A DNA stretch of 63,015 nucleotides, the filler included, from Dugesia japonica (taxonomy: Eukaryota), in assembly GCA_001938525.1 (NCBI GenBank). It is 6 parts of 6 records of this genome, joined end to end, with 100 filler letters (N's around TTAATTAATTAA, not from the genome) between each part and the next. Parts side by side here need not be neighbours in the genome. Positions count along the whole stretch, not along the records: positions 34,488 to 42,834 come from MQRL01575967.1; positions 42,935 to 53,310 come from MQRL01393976.1; 4 more parts are not named here. The stretch is one strand, 5' to 3'. The position numbers and the translations under genes are program-made. Every line of letters starts with the position of its first letter. Within the stretch, counting starts at the first letter, position 1. A model generated the notes under the pieces. The model saw only the letters and a program-made list of their open reading frames with translations, was not told the DNA's origin and made no database searches. Of this stretch, positions 39,131-50,349 are shown one piece after another.

Positions 39131-39439
39131 TTACGAGATACTTAAATGCCATCAGACAGTCAACATAGAACTACTTATTCTGTAAATGCAGTAGGTCAAC
39201 ATGGTAATTTCACAACAAATGTACAAAATCTTAATATGGGATCCTCTTGTAATACGATAATGCTTGCCATCTTATCATCAACATCAAAATAAAAAAAGAT
39301 AAATAAAAGAAGCACCTTTTGAACATGACATTTGTATTTACAAAAAAGCATCCACTTAACCCAGAACATCAATACATTCCATTAAGCATTTTAAGTCCCA
39401 ATATGAGCTATCTAATGAGCTATTTATTATTGAACAAAT

Positions 39440-40945
39440 TTCGAAAGAAAATTATTTTTGACCAAATACAAGAAGCCGCTGAAGGAGAAAGACTGATTCA
39501 AATGCTCAACTCACAACAGTTAAATATATTCATAAAATTATTAAAACAGTAGATAACAACCAACAAATTTGCTTTTATTACATCGATGAACCTGGTAGTT
39601 CTGGTAAAACTTTCCTTTATAACACTTTTATGGCTTTTATCAGAGGTTGAGAATAAACTGTGTTGCCATTTGCAACAACTGGTATAACTGCAACATTATT
39701 AAAAGGTGGTCACACAGTTTACAGCGGATTTAAACTTCCAATTCCTTTAACTTAAACTTCAGTTTCATCGATGCATCGTTCATCTCTGGAAGCAGAAGAT
39801 ATTCGTAGAGCTGCTATTAATAAATTATGAAGCATCTTTATTAAAAAATAATGAATCGCGGTGTATTGATAAACTTTGTCGAGAAATAACAATCGTTGAC
39901 AAACCATTTGGAAATAAAGTTATTGTTATTGGATGAGATTTTCGTCAAACGCTGCCAGTTGTTGTAAGAGGAAAACAAACTGAAATTTTAGAAAAATGTT
40001 TTAAAAAAGTCTACTGTGAAAAAGTTTAAAAACTATAAAGCTAGCAACTAAAGAAATGATAAATACTGAAAATCTTACTACACAAATTTTTAACACATCA
40101 ATAAAATGACAGAAGATGAATAATTGTTTCCTCAACAAATGTATATACACTTAAAATAAACAATAAAATCATTGAAATGATTCCTGGTGTTCCAAAATAT
40201 TATCATAGTGGTGATTCAATTATTACTAACGACATAAATGATTTTACAATTGCAACTATTGCGAGAATAATTGTTGGAAATAAACATTGATATTTTTTAC
40301 AGAATTCATATAAAATAAAAGCTTCGATCAAAATTTTTGTTTTTTCTATTGATATTTGATAACAAATCAATTGTTATCAAATATCAATTGAAAAAACAAA
40401 AATTTGAATGACATAAATGATGCTTTATATTATCCTTCAGAATTTTTAAATACTCAAACACCAACTGGAATACCTCTGCATATGTTAACATAAAAAAAAG
40501 AGTTGTCATCATGTGGTTACAAAGTTCAAATCCAAAAAATGGATTGTGTAATGACACCCGACTAATAATTGAAGAATTGGCTCATAATTATTATATAATC
40601 GAACATTATATCTGAATGTTATAGAGGAAGTACTGTTTTTATACCAAGAATTGATTTAGCTCCGTCCGATACAACATTACCGTTTATTTTGAAACTTAGG
40701 GTAGTGCTCAATTTTTTCCGCGTTTGCAATCACAATTAACAAATCTCAAGTTCAAACTTCTGATTAAGTTGTTATTGACCGATAAACTCCTGTGTTTTCA
40801 TATAGACAAGTTTACGTAGTCTTATCTCGATTAAGACTTCGTCAAACGTAAAAGTACAAATTCAACAAACAATTTTATAAGAAAAATTATTAAATGACAA
40901 TTAGCAATTTACAAAAGATATTACATACAAGGAACTTTTATAACT
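39440..40945 (+). pseudogene. Helitron PIF1-family helicase relic
   Basis: IDEPGSSGKTFLYN, ATTGITATLLKGG, PFGNKVIVIG*DFRQTLPVV, GLCNDTRL, FIPRIDL, FAITINKSQ and YVVLSR. Confidence 0.95.
40243..40406 (-). mobile_element. Hairpin short interspersed element, copy 3 (truncated at the hairpin end), inserted in the Helitron
   Basis: 15-bp TSD AA(C/T)GACATAAATGAT at 40228-40242 and 40407-40421. Confidence 0.85.
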
Positions 40946-41105
40946 AATTTATTTTAACTTAAAAATTTTAAATGAAATAATATAATAACAAATAAAAATT
41001 TAATTTTAAAAAATATATATATAATCACAACAAATATAAATGTCTTTTTTCTAAATTTTATGTTCAAGCCTCCCGTGATATATGACGTATAATACTCTTT
41101 GTAAT

Positions 41106-41107
<2 letters not shown>

Positions 41108-41170
<63 letters not shown>

Positions 41171-41314
41171 TAATANNNNNNNNNNNNNNNNNNNNNNNNN
41201 NNNNNNNNNNNNNNNNNNNNNNNNNNNNNNNNNNNNNNNNNNNNNNNNNNNNNNNNNNNNNNNNNNNNNNNNNNNNNNNNNNNNNNNNNNNNNNNNNNNN
41301 NNNNNNNNNNNNNN

Positions 41315-41362
<48 letters not shown>

Positions 41363-41372
41363 TATAATTATA
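41108..41372. repeat. (AAT)n microsatellite spanning a gap
   Basis: Direct reading. Confidence 0.95.
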
Positions 41373-42177
41373 ATTCAGTCATTAGATAAAATAAAAACCA
41401 TACGAACAACTAATCAATTAAATAGGAAAATGTTTCCTTTTCATTAATTTAAACGACACAATAGAAAAAAGAAAATAACCATCATTTATAGTAACAATAA
41501 AATACATAATTGTTATAAATTGGTACTTTGCATTTCATATTTTTTCATGGTTCATTCGATTTTTTAGATTTGTCATTGACAGAAGAAAATTAGCATAATC
41601 TTTTAACTGACAATGAAAGAATGATGACACCAATTGAAATATGAAAATGAAACTACAGAATTGAACTGTTGGGAATAGTAACAATATTCCGAAATGATAG
41701 ATCGAAATTGAGAAATTAATAATTAAACATGTATAAATTAGCAGTAGTTAATTTGTAGGTATTTTTGTTAAAGACGCCAGAATATTTCATTTGCTTAATG
41801 ACAAAATAAATATTATCGATTTTATCATTTCTCCAAAAAAAAAGAAATAATACAATTTATGAAATTAGTATATTTTTAATTTATTAAACATTTTTAAAAA
41901 TTTTAATTTTATTTAATTTAATAAATGCATAATTATAAGTGAGAAAAAATTTCCATTTTGTAGATTTTTCTGATAGGTAAAATTGAGCGAAAAATTTATT
42001 TTTGGCATTTGATAAAATTTGGCAAATAGTTTTCTATTATTTTTAAATCTTTTCAAAAAAAAATAGATTTTCCCAGTAGAAATTCTATATAAAACTGACA
42101 ATAGAGAATTAATATAGAATTTGATGATCAGCAACGACTCAACTTGTCATTTTTGATGATTAATTTAAAAAATATAA

Positions 42178-42330
42178 ATCATTAAAATTAAAAAAGCTAA
42201 TTAAAACAGATTTAATTGATAATCTATTCTTTTTGTGAATTTAAAAACTTTAAATAAATTATTTAAGGCTTTTGTTTTAATAAATCTCAAATACTATCAA
42301 TAGTTAAGTCCGACAATTATTCTCGCAGAA
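42178..42330 (+). mobile_element. Hairpin short interspersed element, degenerate copy 5 in the opposite orientation
   Basis: ATCAATAGTTAAGTCCGACAATTATTCTCGCA matches the reverse complement of copy 2. Confidence 0.55.
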
Positions 42331-42780
42331 ATTCTTTTTGGCTTACATTGGTGATTTATAAAAAATTGACAAAGTGAACTTTAAAATTTATAAACAATAT
42401 GATTATATAATTGTATTTTATATAATTGTCGATCTACTATTAACAGTTTAAAATTAAATATTTTTTGATAAGTTGAACTATTAAAATTTCTTAAATTGAT
42501 GACTATTAATCATATTTACTTTATCTTTATCAATCTACTTTTATCAGTTTTTCAATTTGAAAAAGTCGGGTTAAAATTTTATTATCAATTACATGAAACA
42601 AGTTTCCATGAATGACATCTTCTAGAAAAAATTAATTATTATCAATTTTAAGGTTATAATAATTATAATTAAAAATATAATTATATATTTAAATGTTCTT
42701 TTAACACAATAAATCCATATAATAATAATAATAATAATAATAAATAATAATAATATTAATAATATTAATAATAATAATAA

Positions 42781-42834
42781 TGTTGGGTTTCCACGAGTTG
42801 ATATTAATTAATTTTTCTTTGTAGGGGCATACTC
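42781..42834 (-). mobile_element. Probable 3' terminus of another TGTTGGG-family element, abutting (AAT)n
   Basis: Reverse complement ...GGAAACCCAACA resembles the copy C end ...AGAAACCCATCA. Confidence 0.45.
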
Positions 42835-43028
42835 NNNNNNNNNNNNNNNNNNNNNNNNNNNNNNNNNNNNNNNNNNNNTTAATTAATTAANNNNNNNNNN
42901 NNNNNNNNNNNNNNNNNNNNNNNNNNNNNNNNNNGTCATTGATAATATTTTCACAATTTAAATTATTATTATCAATTATATTTGTAAAAAGTGTCGTTTT
43001 AAAAAAGTTATATTAAAAATCATTAAAT

Positions 43029-43070
43029 ATTGAACTTGAAGATGGCAGATATTCTGCCGAAATATTCAGT
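43029..43070 (+). ncRNA. Candidate minimal type I hammerhead ribozyme of the Penelope pLTR type
   Basis: CTTGAAGA-T, stem GGCAGA/TCTGCC, GAAA, palindromic ATAT, and ATTGAA/TTCAGT flanking complementarity. Confidence 0.5.
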
Positions 43071-43589
43071 AAAGAAATATATTTAGAAATGGTTTTTCAG
43101 AGTTTTTATTAAAACATTACTATTTTTCTTCAGTTATTTAAATATTTTAATTTCTAGGAAAAATATTTATTCCAATTATGATTAATATTAAAAAGAATAA
43201 TTCTACAGGAAATTAAATTTGCTTGCTACTTTATTCAATTAATATTCATTTCCCATCTTAAAATTATTTTATTTTACTTTCGAATTTTATATGATAATTT
43301 TTTTAATATTAGTTTAGTTTACTAATTATATTAATACTTAATTGATTTCCGATAATTAATATTAAATGTTTTGTCAAAATCAATAAATCGTTAAAAAAAT
43401 ATACATTACTAATCTTATCTTAAACTGAATTTAATAGCATATATTTTTTAAAAAAATTAATAATATTCTAATAATATTCTAATATAGAAATGGTATTAAA
43501 TTTTAAAAAAATTTTAAAAACGTAAATATTTTTTAGTAAAATTAATTAAATTATAAAAAAAGTAATTTAATTTAAAATCAAGCAGCGAT

Positions 43590-43765
43590 AATGTGACGTA
43601 ATCATAATCTTATTAAATTACATTAATGTTTGGAAAATTAATGTTTTGTTGATAAGGACATTAAATTTAGGATATTAAATGTCCAGTTGACAGATATTAC
43701 ATGTGTCTTAAAATTATTTTATTGACTATTTATTGAGATTACATAATTGAAGTTACATAAGCATT
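43590..43765 (+). mobile_element. Penelope 3' fragment (end of the GIY-YIG domain)
   Basis: Homologous to 50130-50260; LLIRTLN..LNVQ motif. Confidence 0.5.
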
Positions 43766-44173
43766 ACAATTTTATAAATAGTGTGTTTTAATGAATTTTA
43801 GTCGCCTGCTGATTAATNNNNNNNNNNNNNNNNNNNNNNNNNNNNNNNNNNNNNNNNNNNNNNNNNNNNNNNNNNNNNNNNNNNNNNNNNNNNNNNNNNN
43901 NNNNNNNNNNNNNNNNNNNNNNNNNNNNNNNNNNNNNNNNNNNNNNNNNNNNNNNNNTTTTTACAAAAATTTAAAAAGTTTAAAAGATTTATTTTAATGT
44001 TGGCAAACAATTAACCATGAATATTTTCAACGAATCCAAAATTATGAATAATATCCAATGGAAATTGAATTTAATCAAATGAATTTAATTTTTATTTATA
44101 TGTTAATCCAATAATGATAATATATAATGTTTACGTCAAAGAAATTACTTTTCATTGAAAAATTATATCTTAC

Positions 44174-44245
44174 TCGCGATCCAATACCAGACAATCCACA
44201 CCTGTTGGACTTTCTGCTATAATACTTGCGGTTCTGACATCCTCA
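44174..44245 (-). CDS. PRKG: Internal 72-bp exon of a cGMP-dependent protein kinase (second cNMP-binding domain)
   Basis: Minus strand TTTCAG|...|GTAAG, phase 2-2, no stops. Encodes EDVRTASIIAESPTGVDCLVLDR; human PRKG1 has [21 protein letters not shown]. The RTA motif is PKG-typical. Confidence 0.85.
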
Positions 44246-45798
44246 CTGAAATGACAAAGCTATATTTTTAGAAATGTTTTAAAAATACTTTTTAAAGATA
44301 ATTTACATATTAACTTTAAGTTAATCTTTAACAATATTTAATAGAGAATAGAAATAGATTTTATTTAAAGATCCACTTAATCTTTTTAAGGAATTAAAGA
44401 GCATAAGAATCTTTATAAAAATTTCTTTTTTTATATTTTTGTATAGATTGTTTCATAGAAGATGAAAGTAGGTCTTTTCTGACTAGAAAAATATAGTTTT
44501 AAATAATTAATCTTTTTATCTCTTAGCTCAATGTCAACTGAATAATCTTCAATACAACCAAATACAGTTTAACTATTAAATCCAATACATTTAAAACGAC
44601 TTAATACAACCCAATGCAGTCAAAAATACGACTTATTAAGCTGAATAAATTTTACACAATAGAAATAAAGCAGGTGTTTTAAATTTATTTTTCATAATTT
44701 CATTTTTCAAATTAGATTTAAATCACCAGGGAAGATTTTACGCATATAAATGTGATTATTTTTGTTATAATATTTACGTTTTTGATCTAGGATATCAAAG
44801 AAACAAGAAATGGAGTACTTAAAATTGTATCCAAATTTTTAAATGAAAACGAATTTATTAAATGATTTCAATTAACTGATGCAGTTTTTATGGTTGCTGT
44901 AGATTATAATTTTGGTGTTTTTCCAGCCTTATTGAAATAAGTGACTATCTATTTATAAAAAGCTATTTATTTAAGAAATTAATCAGTTATTCACTAAGAT
45001 ATGAGCACCGGATGCATGAAATACAGAAACAAGATTAAAAAAGATTCAATGTTCTCTCTGTTAGTTGGGTTTTGAAAACTCATCGAATCATTAACATCAG
45101 AATTCAAATTCATTACAACGATTTATTAAAAAAAACCTATAACCAACAATATTTGTTAATCAAACAAATTAAAATCCCGTGTTTTAATTGATCTTTTTTC
45201 TTTAATTAAAAATTGAAACTTTTATTTATTAGAATTAATTTAATTTAATTCACTTAAAAACATTTTATTTATTTACTTAATTTTCATTTAAAATTTACGT
45301 CAAAATTTCCGCTCATTTTTAAAATTTTATTTATTAAAAAGTTGAACTTTATTATTCAATAATTTTAATTTATCCTTAAACCAAATATTTGTTTATTTAA
45401 ATTTTTCATCAATAATTTATATCTCTCTTTTAAACAAAATATTTTAAAAATAAGATCACCAATCTCACAAAAATTTCAACTTGCTTTTCCAAACCGCTCA
45501 TTTTCTCAATTTCTAATTTTTATTTTTGTTGCCGTCAAGTCAATTTTCAAAAGCAGCATTAATCAAATTAATAACTTTTACTTTTTCTTTAACATGTTTT
45601 AACATAATATTTCAATATAAATCATCTTATAAAACAACTCAACTAAATAATAAAGCTTCTCAAACACTCTTTAATAAAGTTACAACTAAAACATCTATAG
45701 AATACTTTGTGTAAGCATGTTTATAATAAAGTAGATTTTTTGTATTTTAAATTTTTTAAAACTGTTTCTAAATTTGTTAATTATTTTAAATTAAATCA

Positions 45799-48700
45799 TT
45801 AACCCATTTAAACCTGACCTTTTATCTTCGGATGAAAAATATATCAGTTAAGTTGGACAACATAGATGAGTAAAATATGATTTTTTATTTTTTCATATCA
45901 TTTTCATTGCAATGTGCAAATGGTCTGGAATGATATGAAATAATTCCATCTTACCAAATATTTCATGTAGTTTATAAAAATGTTGAGATTTAAAGTTAAT
46001 AGTAATAATAAATAAAACAAAGAATACATTACAAATACTTCAACTAGTATTAGTAGTAGAGTGATAATTAGTAAAACAGTTTCTTTCATTTTAAACATGA
46101 AAGAATTTTATATTTTCATAGTAAACATGTAAATTCCCCGTTACAATCAGGATATTTACACCGCATAGCGTCTTATTTATCATCCCAGTATGATATATGA
46201 TCTACACAGTTGTATTGAATGATCTTTGATGGCCGTTTGTCTCCACGTTGAACAGTCTTTTGCGGATGTGGCAAATTACTGAAGCCATTTTGTCTTTCTA
46301 CTTTCTCTACCATTACAAGTTTCCCTACATCTATCAAACCATATGTTACTCTCAATCAGAAATTAAGCAAATCAAGGAATTTATTCTTCGGTACTCAAAG
46401 TGCTTCAGAATCCATGCTGTATTTAAGCCATTTTTTTTACTAACACTAGATCTATAACGTGAAAAATAAAGCTTAACGCCCACTTTCTTTATTTTATAAA
46501 TATTCTGTAATAACTAGTCATGTGATCAAGTAGATTCATACCACCCATACTTAAATTACATAGCTTTATAATTTTCAGTCAACATATTTGTATATATTTA
46601 AACTCTTTTTAATTATATCGCGTCACTTGATTTTCATCATCATTTCCAATGAACTTTAATGCCATAGATACGATGCGGTAATTCAGTTACTACTCTATTA
46701 CAACATTGTCATCACAACGTATCACTTTAACCGAAGACTCTCTTTCAGTTTAGTTTATATCTTTGTCAAAACATAGTAGAAGCATTTGAAATCAATTGAA
46801 TCCCATTGTGCTAGCTGCTTTAAATATTTTAAGATTTTTAAATCCAACGCCAATAGTACCATGACAAGTAATTATCGTAAAATAATTAGTGTCTAAACAT
46901 AAAAAATCATTTCCAAAGATGTAAAATGACCCTTGTTCCTTGTTCAAAATTTTTTACGAAATTTTTATTTAGTGGTATTGTTTTGCCTCGATATAATATG
47001 AAATAATGGATACAAAGCTCTGGCCACAATAAATATTTTTATACCCCAAAGGCGTGGTTTCCCTTTTAAATATTGAATAATACTAAATTTGGATGTAAGA
47101 GAAACCATTTTTTAGTCAATGCATAGTTTTTTTTCTAAAGGGAGCTGAATTAAACGCAACTGTATTACATAATATTAGGTTTGGAAGAAAATAATTGTTG
47201 TTTTATATAATAATACTTTAAAGGTTTTTTTTTAAAAGAACCATTTGTTTTAATATATTATTTCTTTATGTCATTCTGAAGCGGATATTTAATTTTACAT
47301 TATACAAGTAATATGTTATTTTTATTACTATTTTATTGTAAAATACTATTTTTGGAAGACATGTTGGATAAATACCAAATACCAGTAATTTTCCCATATA
47401 AATTTAGACTGGTATCTAAAGCAGTACATACGACTCAGAAAGTCAACAACGTATTCGGCAATGAAACTGCAAAAAGAAAGAACGATGTAATTTTGGTTTA
47501 AAATTTCCAAGAAGTAGAGATGAGAGCCTTGAAGATGGCGACGTCCATCAGAAGTTAGCAAGGACAATTTGGAGGTAATGATCGAAGCAGTTTCACGCGC
47601 AACAACTCGGGAGCATGGTAAGAATTTAGGCGTAATTCATGTAACAGGTTTATACCACTTCCATCATAAATGGGTTCCGCATGAATTGAACGATTTTCAG
47701 ATAAACCTCCGTTACGAGATCTGTGCGGCGAATCTGTTTAGAAATAAAACCAATCCATTTATTTATTGCATTGTGACTTGCGATGAGAAATGGATTGCAT
47801 ACGACAATAGAAAGCAGGCATCGCAATGGTTGGACAAAAACGAAGCACCGTATCATTTTTGAAAGTCGAAATTGCATCAAAAGACGACAATAGTGACGGT
47901 TTGGTGGTCCACAGCTGGTCTGGTTTATTACAACTTTTTAAATTAAACTATGACGGCATAAATATATTGTCAAGAAATTAACGAAATGCACCACAAATTA
48001 AAATCTATCTGCGCTGAATTAGTTAACAGAAAACATTTTATTACTTTTCACTACAATGCCTTTACACAAGTCACAAAACTATCCCTGCAGAAACTAAATG
48101 ATTTAGGATTAGGGAGTCTTCCTCATCCACTATACTCTTCATACCTGTTGCCCAACGACTATCATTTTAATATCATCTCTTCAATTTTCTTCAAGAGAAA
48201 GTTTTGAATAAAATATCTTTGTGTTTTCCGAGATTTTTACCTTTACTTTTATATGTTAAAAACCGCAATTATTTTCTTACCAACCTAATATCAACCTATT
48301 ATTTCAGTTATGTCTATGCATGATTGCGATTCAAAAAATATTTATTTTTGATCATATTAATCAAAAAGTATGAATTTCTAAGAATTTGTTCTAATAAAAC
48401 GGTAAGCTGGGTAATATATTTAGACATCCAATTACGATGTGAAGAGCAAATAGTGTCTTCATTTGATGAACATGTGTGAGCTTGTATCCTCGCTTTTTAT
48501 TTTGAAATACATTCATATATGTTCAAAGCAAATCTTCATCTTTGTTGTAACGTAAAAAATAATGCAAATAATTGTGGACTTTCTGCTTCGACAGTATTTT
48601 ATGTTTCTTTTCAGAGTTAATAGCTCATCAAATTCATTCAATTTGTCAATGATATCTAACACTACTTTGTTTTCTTCGACAGTTATATGTTCTCATTAAC

Positions 48701-49408
48701 ATCTTGTAGTAACGTTTCTGTCCTCGTTACTAAGTCACACCAATTTTTGTAGCATCTCTCACTATAATTTGCATTTTCAATAAGTCTGAATTTTTGCTAT
48801 CGACTGATTTAGTGTCAGAAATATGACCATTCAACAATTCAACATTTGCTAATATCATCTTTTTTCTATGTCATCTGATTTGAACGGACTAAAAATGTAT
48901 ATATAAAATATGAAAAGATTTAATTGAAATAAACAAATATATTAATAATTTCCTTAATGTTTCTTCTGTAAATTTCCTGCATTATATAATATAACAACTA
49001 ACTGTTTGATGATAAAAAATTTCTAAAAACTGACATAAGTAACCCTAGAGACCGCATGTGCATTGTGTTGTACACAAACGTCAACATCAAATTAAGGTAT
49101 AAAATTTCAGAATTTACAATAAAATATTGAGTTCAATCAATTAAATAAATATTTTTTATACAAAAATGTAGTGCGTTTAATTTTTTCATAAGAAAACAAT
49201 CAAAATAAATGTGACAAACCAGGCAAAGCGTACACGGATTGCAAAATTGTGGACAAATAAACCATGTAATAAACATAATATTGTGATACTGGCAGCAGCA
49301 AATGAATAAATAAAGTGTGTACTGCGATATGCTTTAGGTACCTGTGGAAATAAAACGGAAAATAACGTTATTGTACATTGCAATTTTCTCTGGGTCTGTA
49401 AGGGTTAA
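45799..49408 (-). mobile_element. piggyBac element, transposase pseudogene
   Basis: TTAA-CCC ... GGG-TTAA ends. Peptides LCID*KMV, KGKPRLWGIK and NLSMGGMNLLDHM, plus a Cys-rich C-terminus. Confidence 0.9.
47173..48290 (+). mobile_element. Mariner element nested in the piggyBac
   Basis: TA-flanked TIRs TATTAGGTTTGGAAGAAAATAATTG and CAATTATTTTCTTACCAACCTAATA. Peptides WVPHEL, IVTCDEKWI and PHPLYSSYLLPNDYH. Confidence 0.95.
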
Positions 49409-49574
49409 ATTGGTTTGTAAAATAAATATTAAATTTTTATGTAATCAACATAAAGCAAAATAAATCAAACGAATTTTCAAATTTATTAATTTAAAGAAAA
49501 CGAAATTGTAAATTTAAAATTTTTTTCTAGAAAACGAATAATTTTTGTTTAAAAAAATTAATTATTGTTATAAT

Positions 49575-49845
49575 CATTATCATAATTATTAATTATAATT
49601 ATCATAATTATTAATTATAATTATCATAATTATTAATTATAATTATCATAATTATTAATTATAATTATCATAATTATTTATTATAAATATCATAATTACT
49701 ATTATAATTATCATAATTATTAATTATAATTATCATAATTATTTATTATAATTATCATAATTATTAATTATAATTATCATAATTACTATTATAATTATCA
49801 TAATTATTAATTATAATTATCATAATTACTAATTATAATTATTAA
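49575..49845. repeat. 22-bp AT-rich minisatellite (ATCATAATTATTAATTATAATT), about 12 units
   Basis: CATAATTA recurs every 22 bp (49581, 49603 and onward). Confidence 0.9.
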
Positions 49846-50129
49846 TTTCTGATTTTTAAAAAATAATTTCATGTTGCATTTTTAAATTTCACGTTATTTA
49901 TTAAAAATTAAAATAAATTGAATTAATAAATAAAACTAATGTTTTATTTTATTTTCATTTCATATATGAATTTTTAAAATTTATTTGAAAAGACAAATTT
50001 ATATTCTAAGAATAATTACGATTTAAAAATTCCAAAAACATTGGCAGCTTTTACATAAAAATAAAAAAGACAGCATTTTTTAAAATATTTTCTAGTTTCA
50101 ACAGTGTATTTAATTATAATTAGGGGAGA

Positions 50130-50340
50130 ATGTGTGTGAATCCTCGTTGATAAGGATAATTAAATCCTAAAATTAATGTTCAGTAGACGAATTCAATATT
50201 GCTCTTAAAATTATTTTACTGATTATTTATTGAAATTTCATAAGTGAAATTATATAGTAAATAGTTTATTTTAATATTCTTTAATTGCCGAAAGATGACG
50301 ATCATTCCATTGAAATTGATTGCAACTAATAAATATTTTA
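50130..50340 (+). mobile_element. Penelope 3' fragment with a degenerate hammerhead-like motif
   Basis: ESSLIR..LNPKINVQ (GIY-YIG end), then an HHR-like motif at 50281-50329 and AATAAA. Confidence 0.55.
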
Positions 50341-50349
50341 AAGAAAAAC

